From Candidatus Woesearchaeota archaeon (GTDB lineage Archaea; Nanobdellota; Nanobdellia; Woesearchaeales; UBA9642): DNA of 59,494 nucleotides. The notes under the pieces are model-generated. The model did not search any database and was not told where the DNA came from. It saw only the letters and a program-made list of their open reading frames with translations. The stretch spans positions 1 through 59,494 of the forward strand of contig JAFGLI010000006.1 in the NCBI GenBank assembly GCA_016928115.1. The letters run 5' to 3'. Shown here in pieces: positions 47,154-56,675 of the stretch (positions are counted from its first letter, which is position 1; each line of letters opens with the position of its first letter). The position numbers and the translations under genes were made by a program.

Positions 47154-48236
47154 ATGAACGATGTAAAAAATGAGATAAAGGACATTGTAAAAAGGGTTTA
47201 TGATAAAATCAAAGTCAGGAAAAAGCCAAGCCTTGAAATGCCTATAAGGTCATTATCTAATGTAAGATATGACCAAGATGAAGGGTTTTTCATGCTAAAA
47301 GGCAGTAAAAAGAAAAGGACCTTGACTGCAAATACAGTAAAGACCTTTGCCCAGACTCTGAAAATGATGGACCTTTCAAACAATCTAATCAAGGATGATG
47401 ACATGGCCACTAAAAGAGAGGCTTATTATGTAAGCAAGAACTGGGACGAGGCAAGATTCAATGAGCAAAGCGAATCTGATACTGTGATGGATGATGTCGA
47501 AGCCATGCTCATGGTCAACAGGGAGCAGATGGGCTTTGTGCCTGAAGAAAAAGGAGGAGATATAGCAGGTTCTTTAATAGTCATAGACCAGGACCCTGAA
47601 ACAGGAAAAGAAATAAAAATAGACTGCACTAAATTCGGCTCAGGGGCTTATTCTGTTCCAAGCAGTGTAGAACATCTTAAATTTGAAACAAAGGCTGATT
47701 TTATATTAGCCATAGAAACAGCAGGTATGTTTCAAAGGCTGGTGAAACATAAATACTGGAAAAAAGCCAACTGTATTTTAATCAGTTTGGGTGGTGTTCC
47801 AACAAGGGCAACAAGAAGGTTTATCCGTAGGCTGAGTGATGAAAAAAAGCTGAAAGTTTATGTTTTTACAGACGGAGACCCTTATGGGTGGCTTAACATC
47901 TACAGGACTTTGAAAGTAGGCTCGGGAAATGCAGCCCACATAAATGAATATTTCTGCGTCCCCAATGCAACCCTTATCGGGATTACCCCGCAGGATATTG
48001 AGGATTATAAATTACCAACACATCCTTTAAAAGATATAGACATAAAAAGAATCAAAGACGGCTTAAAGAATGATCCTTTTGTAAAAGAGCACAGGGAATG
48101 GCAGAAAGCCCTGAAGCAGGCTAAAGAAATGAAGAAAAGGGCTGAGCAGCAGGCTCTTGCAAAATGGGGATTAAATTATGTTATTTCTGATTATCTTCCT
48201 AAGAAATTAAAGAATAAAGATTCATGGCTGCCTTGA
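47154..48236 (+). CDS. top6A: DNA topoisomerase VI subunit A
   Basis: TKREAYY, EQSESD, IET, DGDPYG, EQQAL. Confidence 0.96.
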   Translation: MNDVKNEIKDIVKRVYDKIKVRKKPSLEMPIRSLSNVRYDQDEGFFMLKGSKKKRTLTANTVKTFAQTLKMMDLSNNLIKDDDMATKREAYYVSKNWDEARFNEQSESDTVMDDVEAMLMVNREQMGFVPEEKGGDIAGSLIVIDQDPETGKEIKIDCTKFGSGAYSVPSSVEHLKFETKADFILAIETAGMFQRLVKHKYWKKANCILISLGGVPTRATRRFIRRLSDEKKLKVYVFTDGDPYGWLNIYRTLKVGSGNAAHINEYFCVPNATLIGITPQDIEDYKLPTHPLKDIDIKRIKDGLKNDPFVKEHREWQKALKQAKEMKKRAEQQALAKWGLNYVISDYLPKKLKNKDSWLP

Positions 48237-48284
48237 TTTCTATAAATAATAAATACTACTTATACTATTGATAATTAATTATTC

Positions 48285-49484
48285 TTATTTTATAACCTTT
48301 AATTCAACATCAGGCCTTACGGTTTCCTTGTAGCCCACACCACAAGCCTTCATTAGATAATCATTTATAACTTCACAGCTGTTTTTGTAATTGCTGTCCC
48401 ATTTTTCTTGTGTTTTCTTAATAAATTTATCAGGGTTTATTCCCAAACGCTCTGCCTCTAATGTTAATCTCTGTTTAGTTGGCCCATATGCTTTCAAAGG
48501 ACCTATGTGTATTTTCAGGGAAAAATTCTTTATCTTTTTGTCCATATCAGTAAGATATTTTTTCAATGTCTCCGGATTAGGATTATAAGCCTGAGGATAT
48601 ATATCAAGCCCTGCATTTAATATTTTTCTCAGAGAATATTCCTGGTCTTCGAGTGTGGTCAAAGCTTGGACATTGTCCTGTACGTTCTGCTCATCACACC
48701 CTTTCAAAGCAGTTAATACCTTTATTTCAAACCGGGATAATTTCTCAAGGATATTTTTCTCATAAATGCCTTCTTTTTCAAATTTGTCTACCACTATTCC
48801 TGTTGAAAGGTTTGTGTCTAACTGGCCTACAAAATCAAGTCCTTTTTTATCAATCTTTCTCCATAATTCAAGAAGGTAATCCAGCGCTATCATCGGCTCT
48901 CCGCCTGAAAACCTCAAAACCCTTATGTCCATATCGGTGTCTGCTTGTTCTTTGTATATTTCTTTTACTCTTTCTCTGTTGGCTATGGCGCTTTCAATAT
49001 AATCTCCTATACTTAAATAAGCCTTTCCTGTGCAGGGTTTGCCGTCATTGCTTTTATTGTCAACATAACAATACCAGCATCCTCCTGTAGCATTTCCGTC
49101 ATGAAAATTACATCCTGCCACCTGGATAATCTGGGGGGGATTATAATCCAGAATATTCTTCATTTTAAACCTTTTTGTGTGCTTATACCATAAAGGGAAA
49201 TCAAACTCATGTTTTTTAACAAAATCCTCTATTTCTTTGTCTGTTTTTTCAGAAACATCAAAAAAATCTCTTTTATATTTTTTACGTGCTAGGGGGTCTG
49301 CCTCTTTAACATTGAACTTAAACCTGAAAACATGCTCCCCTGTATTTATATTGGGCATTACATCAATGACCTTTGAAGTATCTTTTCCCTGTAATGTGCC
49401 TGAATAATCAACAACAAGAATCTTATCATTTTTTACCACTGTTTTTCTTAACTCTAAAGCCCTTTTTATCGGATCTACTTTCAT
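48285..49484 (-). CDS. Radical SAM-like protein with CX10CX2C motif
   Basis: QVAGCNFHDGNATGGCWYCYVD; RFSGGEP; DTN. Confidence 0.8.
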   Translation of the reverse strand: MKVDPIKRALELRKTVVKNDKILVVDYSGTLQGKDTSKVIDVMPNINTGEHVFRFKFNVKEADPLARKKYKRDFFDVSEKTDKEIEDFVKKHEFDFPLWYKHTKRFKMKNILDYNPPQIIQVAGCNFHDGNATGGCWYCYVDNKSNDGKPCTGKAYLSIGDYIESAIANRERVKEIYKEQADTDMDIRVLRFSGGEPMIALDYLLELWRKIDKKGLDFVGQLDTNLSTGIVVDKFEKEGIYEKNILEKLSRFEIKVLTALKGCDEQNVQDNVQALTTLEDQEYSLRKILNAGLDIYPQAYNPNPETLKKYLTDMDKKIKNFSLKIHIGPLKAYGPTKQRLTLEAERLGINPDKFIKKTQEKWDSNYKNSCEVINDYLMKACGVGYKETVRPDVELKVIK

Positions 49485-49707
49485 AACAACACCCCCGAAA
49501 AAAACCCGCCCCCTCTTTTCAGAAATAATGAATTTAATTATTGTAAATACAAATAATATAAAAATCTTTGTTTTTTGTTTTTAAAAAAAGGAAATGAGAA
49601 AAAACCACAATATTTATTAATTTGTTCTCTTATTAGTATTTATAGCGGGGTTTATTTATTATTAATCATAGGTTATTGATAATATAAGTTTTGTTGTTGG
49701 GGGTAAA

Positions 49708-50502
49708 ATGGCAAAGATAATCTTTTTAGGAACAAGCGGAGACTCTATAGTTACAGGAAAACAATTAAGGGCTTCAGGAGGAATTATTTTTAATTACAAT
49801 AATATGCAGTTTCACATAGACCCTGGTCCGGGGGCTCTGGTAAGGGCGCAGCAATATGGAATAAATATAAGAGAAACTACTGCAATACTCGCAAGCCATA
49901 ACCACACAAACCATGCTTCTTCTGTAAATGCCTTAATCAGCGGAATGACTTTGAACGGAATGGACAAGAAAGGAATTCTGATAGCCAATAAGGGAATAAC
50001 TGAAGGGAAAAACAGCTTTGTCACAGAATACAACCAGACTTTACTGGAAAGGGTAATAAATATGGACGGGGTTGCAAAAGTAGGGATAAATAATATTGAT
50101 ATTGTCAAGACGCCTGTAATAAACCATGCAGGCAACGGCTTTAAGATTACAACGCCTGAGTTTATCTTATCATATACTTCAGATACTGAAAACGGCGTTG
50201 AGCTGAAAAAGGCGCATGAAGACTCAAACATCATAATAATCAACTGCAAGCACCCTTCAGGCGTATCCCAGGAAGGACATATGAATGTGGATGATGTCAT
50301 TGATTTCCTGAAAGCAACAAAGCCCAGCCTTGGAATAATAACCCATTTCGGAATAAAAATGATACAAAAGAATCCCCTTGATGAAACAAGGATTATACAA
50401 AGAGAATCAAAAGTCCAGATAATAGCAGCCAAGGACGGCATGGAGATAAACCCCAAGGATTATTCTGCTTCTTTAAAACAAAAGAAACTCAAGAGTTATT
50501 AG
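49708..50502 (+). CDS. Metallo-beta-lactamase fold hydrolase
   Basis: FLGTSG, IDPGPG, SHNHTNH, YTSDT, GHM, THFG. Confidence 0.85.
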   Translation: MAKIIFLGTSGDSIVTGKQLRASGGIIFNYNNMQFHIDPGPGALVRAQQYGINIRETTAILASHNHTNHASSVNALISGMTLNGMDKKGILIANKGITEGKNSFVTEYNQTLLERVINMDGVAKVGINNIDIVKTPVINHAGNGFKITTPEFILSYTSDTENGVELKKAHEDSNIIIINCKHPSGVSQEGHMNVDDVIDFLKATKPSLGIITHFGIKMIQKNPLDETRIIQRESKVQIIAAKDGMEINPKDYSASLKQKKLKSY

Positions 50503-50531
50503 TTTTTTAATCCAGATAAAAAATTAATTCT

Positions 50532-51176
50532 TTAAAATCCCAGAATTTCTTTCAAGTCATATAAGGAATAAATCTTAACTGAGGGATTTACATTAGAAAA
50601 TTTGTATTTATTATCTTCCCTTATTAAAAGAACATCAAGCACATCTGCATTTTTTGCAGCTTCCACATCTTCCTTAGCATTTCCCACATACATGGCTTTG
50701 GATTTATCCACACCCAGTATATTCAGGCAGGATTCCAATCCATGAGGATGGGGCTTTGGCTTTATCCCGTTTGAAGCCTGCGCAATTATTATGCCATCAA
50801 AATCACCTTCCCCCAGCATACCAATCTCAAGGGAGGCTATATTATTTTCTGCAGCAGTAACTATTCCTGTTTTGTATTTTTTTTTCCTTAATTCTTCTAT
50901 AAAAACAATATCACTATATGGTTTTGTAAATTTTTCTCTTATATTCGGAGTATCATATTCCCTGAATTTGTCCCAGAATAATTTACTGTCTACTCTGAAT
51001 TTTTCACGTATCATCTCATCCCTGTTGGACTCAAACCAACACATATCAATGTCTTCATCTTTTGGATTGGTGATTCCAAATTCACGTAATGTCTCTCTAA
51101 ATGCATAATGAATATGACTCATATTAGTATGCACAAGCGTCCCGTCCAGATCAAAGATTACTGCTTCATATTTCAT
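50532..51176 (-). CDS. HAD-superfamily hydrolase (phosphoglycolate phosphatase-like)
   Basis: FDLDGTLV, GIVT, KPHP, YVGN..ED. Confidence 0.9.
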   Translation of the reverse strand: MKYEAVIFDLDGTLVHTNMSHIHYAFRETLREFGITNPKDEDIDMCWFESNRDEMIREKFRVDSKLFWDKFREYDTPNIREKFTKPYSDIVFIEELRKKKYKTGIVTAAENNIASLEIGMLGEGDFDGIIIAQASNGIKPKPHPHGLESCLNILGVDKSKAMYVGNAKEDVEAAKNADVLDVLLIREDNKYKFSNVNPSVKIYSLYDLKEILGF

Positions 51177-51232
51177 AATTTAAAGAATTAATAATAAATA
51201 TAAAAATATTTCGGAGTTAAATATATATTAAT

Positions 51233-52177
51233 TTACAGCAAAAAAACAATAAAATAACCTACCAAACAACCTAATGTGACAAAGGGCATTGCAGGGTAAT
51301 AATGCTTCTTTTTTGAATAAAGAAATAATAAGAACAAAGCCAGGGTTGTAGTAAAAGTTATTATTGAGGTCTGTAAAAAGGCTGCACCTTTAGTCAGACC
51401 ATTCATTATCAGGCTCTCCATCACTGCCCCGGAGAATATCAAAGGGAATGCAATATCCCCCCCGCCAAGGATTGCAATATTTGCTTTTGTTTTTATGGTT
51501 TTTTCTGCTTTATCTTCTCTCAAGACAGCTTTTGTTTTGGATTTTAATTTTCCTATTTTGCCTTTTGAATAAGGTATCATCAGTCCGGGAAATATGCTGT
51601 TTTCAAACTGAAACTTAGCCATTTTTACCATATGTTTTGATTTCCATACTGCAAACATATCATAAACAGAAATAACTAAAAGAAGGACAAAAGCCCAGAA
51701 AACACTGAACAAAGGGACTATCAGAACAGCAATCCCTGAATATATGAGAACCTCGGTTATATTGTGCAGAAGAACACTGCTGAACCTTGAAATCTTCAGG
51801 AAAGCCAGCACTAATGCTGTTCCCCAGATTACGTATTTGTTCTTAAACAAAACACCCAATGATATTGATAGTGTAAGAAAAACTGCAAGGAAAAACCACC
51901 CTCTCCAAACCATTGTCTTGTTAAACCTTATAATCATAAGTATCAATAATGTTCCTATTGCAACAGCCCCCAATATATAAAGCAGTGAGGAATATCCCTC
52001 AACATTGGGTCTATCGCCTATTGCTGTTTCATCGTGCCTGACAACTATTATTGTTTTATTATCAGGAGTAATCTCCTCGCCTATTTCAGCATCCCTGCTT
52101 ATAAGAAATAATCCTGTGACCTGGGAAGCAACAAACAAAAAAAGCAGGAGTAATGTTATTCTAAGGTTATGTTTCAT
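51233..52177 (-). CDS. Presenilin/signal-peptide-peptidase family intramembrane aspartyl protease
   Basis: SVYDMFAVW, LGGGD, YPAMP; multiple TM; start moved to ATG 52177. Confidence 0.9.
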   Translation of the reverse strand: MKHNLRITLLLLFLFVASQVTGLFLISRDAEIGEEITPDNKTIIVVRHDETAIGDRPNVEGYSSLLYILGAVAIGTLLILMIIRFNKTMVWRGWFFLAVFLTLSISLGVLFKNKYVIWGTALVLAFLKISRFSSVLLHNITEVLIYSGIAVLIVPLFSVFWAFVLLLVISVYDMFAVWKSKHMVKMAKFQFENSIFPGLMIPYSKGKIGKLKSKTKAVLREDKAEKTIKTKANIAILGGGDIAFPLIFSGAVMESLIMNGLTKGAAFLQTSIITFTTTLALFLLFLYSKKKHYYPAMPFVTLGCLVGYFIVFLL

Positions 52178-52231
52178 TGATAGTTTATTTATGTGGTTAT
52201 TTATAAATTTTGTTTTGGTCATTTAATGTTC

Positions 52232-52381
52232 TCTAAAAACACGAAAACATTTATACATGTAAAAATGAAACATTTTTGAGCATAAATATTTTCTAAAAAC
52301 ACGAAAACATTTATACATGTAAAAATCAGGAAAAAAGATTTTTGAGCATAAATATTTTCTAAAAACACGAAAACATTTATA
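52232..52381 (+). repeat. Three tandem copies of a BRE-TATA promoter segment separated by hairpin modules
   Basis: tctaaaaacacgaaaacatttata at 52232, 52292 and 52358 (periods 60 and 66). Confidence 0.92.
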
Positions 52382-52408
52382 TATATTAAAAATTAGATTA
52401 TAATTAAA

Positions 52409-53077
52409 ATGGCAGGACCTTACAGGGATTTGACAAGCAAGGAGATTCATGTCACAGAATATGAGATAGAGAATGAATCTTTTTTTCATCTTAAAAGCCT
52501 TTACAGAATGATATATAACTGGCTTATAGAGGAAAACTACCGTGACCCAAAAGACGGCGGAACCAAGTTTGAAAGGGTTTTTATGAAAAAAGTAAGCCCC
52601 ACAGGAAATGAAGAAATACATTGGTGGTGGAGAGCACAAAAAACTCCTGAAGGAGCAAACAAAGACTACTGGGCTTATTTGTTTAAGATACGCTGTCAAT
52701 TAATTGACCATAAAAAAGTGAAGCAAAAGATAAAAGGAAGAAATTATAAAATGGATACAGGCTCTTTCACAATATATTTCAATTCATATCTTATTCTTGA
52801 CAAAAACAAAGAATGGGAAAAACATTCCTTTTTAAAACACCTTGATAACATTTACCGTACAAGAATCATAAGAAAAAAAATACTTTATCACGTAAATGAA
52901 GTCTACAGGGAAAGCTACAGGCTGAACAATGCAATAAGAAAATTCTTTGAGATGCAGACTCCGTTTGAGGTTCCAAGGACATTCACTCCTGAAAGAGGAT
53001 ATGCATATGAAGAAGGACCTAATACATTACCTGAAAGCAAAGGCCCCGGAAAGGAATTCTTTGAAGCAAATAAATAG
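52409..53077 (+). CDS. Hypothetical protein, third paralogue of the 8080/8623 family
   Basis: FHLKSLYRMIYNWLIEENYRD, TGSFTIYFNSYLILD...WE. Confidence 0.75.
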   Translation: MAGPYRDLTSKEIHVTEYEIENESFFHLKSLYRMIYNWLIEENYRDPKDGGTKFERVFMKKVSPTGNEEIHWWWRAQKTPEGANKDYWAYLFKIRCQLIDHKKVKQKIKGRNYKMDTGSFTIYFNSYLILDKNKEWEKHSFLKHLDNIYRTRIIRKKILYHVNEVYRESYRLNNAIRKFFEMQTPFEVPRTFTPERGYAYEEGPNTLPESKGPGKEFFEANK

Positions 53078-53097
53078 ACTTAAATATTAATCAATTC

Positions 53098-53970
53098 TTA
53101 CTTATTTTTCACATTAAACCCTATCTGCTTTATTTCCTCTTTTGCCCTCTCGCATAATTCAACAGCTATGAGATAAGGCTCCCTCACCCTCACATTGGTG
53201 TTGTTCATTATCACTTCTATAATCTTGCTGTTTCCGTATTTATCCCTTTTCAATGATTTTAATTTATCCATTTCCCCTCTCTCAAAAATCTCTTCCTCTG
53301 ATTTCTGGAGTTTCAAAAGCCTTATATACACCTGCATAAGCTGGTTTAAGAGCAATGCAGAATCCACATATTTATGTTTCCCTGGATGAAGAGTCTCCAT
53401 AATATCCCCGAACCAGGAGCTTTTTATTTTTATTTTATCCCTTATCTTATTATTTCCACCATGTGCCTTGTCATATACCTGCCCGATTGCCTTGTTTACA
53501 GGCATGACATTGGTTTTTATGCCATTAATATACTTTTCAATTTTTTGCTGCTGTTCTTTGATATCCTTCCTGACAATTACCTCCTTGGGGTGTATTTTTT
53601 CATCAAGAATAACATATATTATTAATGTATAAAGAGCGATAATGCCTAAATTCAGGAAAACAATAACAAGGTTATCCATATCCATTAAAAAATTAATTTC
53701 TCTTGTCAGGGAATAAAACAAAACAAGCAGCAATAAAGGAATGGCCCAGAGGGCTTTCTTCATCTTCGGGTCGCCTTTATACAAAAAAACAAAAAGCACT
53801 ACTGTAAGAACTGATGGAAAGAAAGCTGCTATAACATAAAATATCTCAGTATTTGTATGTGCAGCAATAGTAAAAACAAAAAAAAGAACTAAAAATAAAT
53901 AAATAACAGAAGTTCTGTCAAAAATTTTCTTGATGAATCCTTTGTTTATAATCAAATCTTCTTCTTCCAT
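53098..53970 (-). CDS. Membrane protein (4 N-terminal TM plus soluble domain)
   Basis: Hydrophobic first about 120 aa; NKAIGQVY...GG...R.KIKI. Confidence 0.7.
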   Translation of the reverse strand: MEEEDLIINKGFIKKIFDRTSVIYLFLVLFFVFTIAAHTNTEIFYVIAAFFPSVLTVVLFVFLYKGDPKMKKALWAIPLLLLVLFYSLTREINFLMDMDNLVIVFLNLGIIALYTLIIYVILDEKIHPKEVIVRKDIKEQQQKIEKYINGIKTNVMPVNKAIGQVYDKAHGGNNKIRDKIKIKSSWFGDIMETLHPGKHKYVDSALLLNQLMQVYIRLLKLQKSEEEIFERGEMDKLKSLKRDKYGNSKIIEVIMNNTNVRVREPYLIAVELCERAKEEIKQIGFNVKNK

Positions 53971-54153
53971 CTTTTATAAATACATAAAAAATTAATAATA
54001 AACTATAAAAATGTTTTGCTGTTTTTTATTTTCAAGGTAAAAACCATAAGTTTTATAAATAGATAATTATTCCTCTGAAAAAACCCGAGTGAGAAGCGAT
54101 TATAGGGTTTCAGATATGCTTCTTTTTAATAAGGGTTTTAATATGATGTAAAA

Positions 54154-54642
54154 ATGGCTGAAGATAATAAAATACATAGAAAAACAAAAGAAGGAAAAGG
54201 ATTCAAGCATTTAGTTAGAATAGGGGATACTGATTTAGACGGAAGTAAATATATAATCGAAGCACTGAGAAAAATAAAAGGAATCAACATGAGTTTCTCA
54301 AATGCCTTATGTAAGATTACTGATATAGACTCAAATAAAAAAGCAGGGGAGCTTTCTGATGAAGAAATTAAAAAAATAGATGATGCAGTCAAAAACCCTA
54401 TAAAATATAATCTGCCTAGATGGCTTTATAACAGGAGAAAAGACTACAAAACAGGCAGTGATATGCATATAATAAAAGGAAAGCTTGATTTTGTAAAGGA
54501 TGAAGACATACAGAGAATGAAGAAGATAAAAAGCTACAAGGGACTAAGGCACCAATGGGGGCTTACTGTAAGGGGGCAAAGAACAAGATCTAATTTCAGG
54601 AAAAGCAAAGCCAAAGGCTCAGGATTTAAAAGAAAAAAATAA
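54154..54642 (+). CDS. rps13: Ribosomal protein uS13
   Basis: HLVRIGDTDLDG, WLYNRRKD, YKGLRH..GLTVRGQRTR. Confidence 0.97.
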   Translation: MAEDNKIHRKTKEGKGFKHLVRIGDTDLDGSKYIIEALRKIKGINMSFSNALCKITDIDSNKKAGELSDEEIKKIDDAVKNPIKYNLPRWLYNRRKDYKTGSDMHIIKGKLDFVKDEDIQRMKKIKSYKGLRHQWGLTVRGQRTRSNFRKSKAKGSGFKRKK

Positions 54643-54663
54643 AATAAATTATGTGATTCACTA

Positions 54664-54757
54664 TGGGACAAGTAAAAATTACACAAATCCAAAAAAAGAT
54701 TTGTGAAGTATGGAAGAAAAACTTCCAACTTTCAAAAAAAGAAATTTTTGAGTCCCA
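54664..54757. repeat. Nested multibranch hairpin in the S13-S4 spacer
   Basis: TGGGAC/GTCCCA and AAAAATT/AATTTTT enclose CACAAATC/GATTTGTG and TGGAAG/CTTCCA. Confidence 0.75.
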
Positions 54758-54776
54758 GTATTTTAAGAGGTAAAAA

Positions 54777-55397
54777 ATGGGAGACCCAAAAAAAATCAGG
54801 AAAAAATACACAACCCCATCACACCCATGGCAGAGGTCTAATCTGGAGAATGAAGCCAGGCTTGTAAAAGAATACGGACTGATAAGAAAAAAAGAAGTAT
54901 GGAAAGTTAATTCCCTGCTTAAGAAAATCAAGGCAGAAGTCAAAGAAATCGCTGCTTCTGAAGGAGAAAAGGCAGAGAAAGACAAAAACCTGCTACTCAA
55001 AAAACTTAAAAGCTGGGGACTGTTAAAGCCTGAACAGGGAATTGATGATGTGCTTGTTCTCGAAACAAAGGATTTAATGGAAAGACGTTTACAGACACTG
55101 GTTTTCAAAAAAGGAATGTCCAAATCAATAGACCAAGCAAGACAATTCATAGTCCACGGCCATATTAAAGTCGGGGACAAAAAAATGAATACTCCGTCAT
55201 ACATGGTAAAAACAGGGGAAGAAGACCTGATTGGATTTATTGGAAGATCATCACTATCAGACCCTGAGCATCCTGAAAGAGTTTCAAAGAAAGAGAAAAA
55301 ACTAATTAAAGAGGAGCCAAAGGCAGAAGAAAAATCAACTGAAGAAAATAAAGACGAAAAAACTGAAGATAAAAAACAAGAGAGCAATGAAAAATGA
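54777..55397 (+). CDS. rps4: Ribosomal protein uS4
   Basis: MGDPKK.RKKY.TP.HPW, ERRLQT, QARQFIVHGHI. Confidence 0.97.
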   Translation: MGDPKKIRKKYTTPSHPWQRSNLENEARLVKEYGLIRKKEVWKVNSLLKKIKAEVKEIAASEGEKAEKDKNLLLKKLKSWGLLKPEQGIDDVLVLETKDLMERRLQTLVFKKGMSKSIDQARQFIVHGHIKVGDKKMNTPSYMVKTGEEDLIGFIGRSSLSDPEHPERVSKKEKKLIKEEPKAEEKSTEENKDEKTEDKKQESNEK

Positions 55398-56254
55398 TAG
55401 AAAGGGATTTTGTAAAACAAAAAATAAAGGAATTTGAAATCAAGGAATATATACAGAGCAATCTGTCAAATGTAGGCTTAAGGAATGTTGAGATGAAAAG
55501 AACCCCTCTGGGAATCAAGCTGGTTATAAGCGCATCAAAACCTGGATTGGTTGTAGGCAAAAAAGGCTCAAACATCAACAAGCTTACAGAAGACCTAAAA
55601 GTCAAATTTGAGCTTGAAAATCCACAGATTGAACTTGAGGAAGTTGAAAAGCCCTATTCATACGCAACAATTGTTGCTGAAGAAATAGTTAATTCACTGG
55701 AAAGATTCGGGTCAAACAATTTCAAGAGTATAGGATATAATGTAATGGAAAAAGTCATGAGGGAAGGAGATGCCCTGGGAGTTGAGATACTTATCTCAGG
55801 AAAAGTTCCAAGTGCAAGAGCAAGAGTCTGGAGATTTTACAAAGGATACCTGAAAAAATGCGGAAATATCGCATACAGGGAAGTGGATAAGTCATTCCAG
55901 GTTGCAAAACTGAAAACAGGCACCATAGGCATAAAAGTGAGCATAATGAAAAAAGAAACCAAACTGCCTGATGATATCATACTAAAAAAAGAAGATATGG
56001 AAACAGAATTCTCTGAAGTTGAAAAAGATAAAGAATTAGAAGAAAAAAAGGAACAAATAGAAAAAGATGAAATAAAAGAAGATAAAAAACCTGAAGAAAA
56101 GACTGAAAAAGAGAAAAAGAAAACTAAAAAGAAAAAAGACAGCAAGACAAAAAAAGCTGGGAAAAAAGATGATGAAAAAGCCAAAACAAAGAAAAAGACT
56201 GAAAAATCATCTGAAAAGAAAAAAACAACAAAGAAGAAAGGTAATAAAAAATGA
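55394..56254 (+). CDS. rps3: Ribosomal protein uS3 with long charged tail
   Basis: [38 protein letters not shown]. Confidence 0.95.
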   Translation: MIERDFVKQKIKEFEIKEYIQSNLSNVGLRNVEMKRTPLGIKLVISASKPGLVVGKKGSNINKLTEDLKVKFELENPQIELEEVEKPYSYATIVAEEIVNSLERFGSNNFKSIGYNVMEKVMREGDALGVEILISGKVPSARARVWRFYKGYLKKCGNIAYREVDKSFQVAKLKTGTIGIKVSIMKKETKLPDDIILKKEDMETEFSEVEKDKELEEKKEQIEKDEIKEDKKPEEKTEKEKKKTKKKKDSKTKKAGKKDDEKAKTKKKTEKSSEKKKTTKKKGNKK

Positions 56255-56649
56255 GCAAGGAAAAAACAAGATGGGGGATTTGTCATATTTACTCTTCATA
56301 CAATAACACAATAATCCATATTACAGATATTACAGGAACAGAAACAATCGCAAAATGCTCAGGAGGGCAGGTTGTAAAGAGCGACAGGCTGGAATCAAGC
56401 ACAACAGCTGCAATGACTTCAGCAAAAATAGCAGGGGAAGAAGCAAAGCAGAAAGGCATTGATGCAATAAATATAAAAATAAAAGCCCCGGGAGGGCACA
56501 ACGGTCCAATGAGTGTGGGTGCCGGAGCACAGGCAGCAATAAGGGCACTGTCAAGAATAGGGCTGAGGATTGGCTTTATAGAAGAAGTAACACCATACCC
56601 CCATGATTCATGCAGGAAAAAAGGCGGAAGAAGGGGCAGAAGAGTATAA
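56251..56649 (+). CDS. rps11: Ribosomal protein uS11
   Basis: [34 protein letters not shown]. Confidence 0.97.
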   Translation: MSKEKTRWGICHIYSSYNNTIIHITDITGTETIAKCSGGQVVKSDRLESSTTAAMTSAKIAGEEAKQKGIDAINIKIKAPGGHNGPMSVGAGAQAAIRALSRIGLRIGFIEEVTPYPHDSCRKKGGRRGRRV

Positions 56650-56675
56650 TCATTAAAACAGCTGAGGGAATAAAA

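Noticed and set aside
49486-49705. GC-rich patches in the divergent intergenic region (GCGGG(G)TTT, GGGGGT)
   Set aside because: Mostly explained by Shine-Dalgarno sequences; matches are too short to call an element
52223-52699. 158-aa ORF with repeated YKCFRVFR, and a CRISPR reading of the same repeats
   Set aside because: The ORF is a translation of the tandem promoter repeat, antisense to a real gene. The spacers are related hairpins rather than unique sequence, there are only three repeats, and there are no cas genes
54075-54113. Hairpin TCTGAAA..CCC/GGG-TTTCAGA upstream of rps13
   Set aside because: Its 5' arm probably overlaps the expected TSS; a single stem with no recognisable motif is insufficient support
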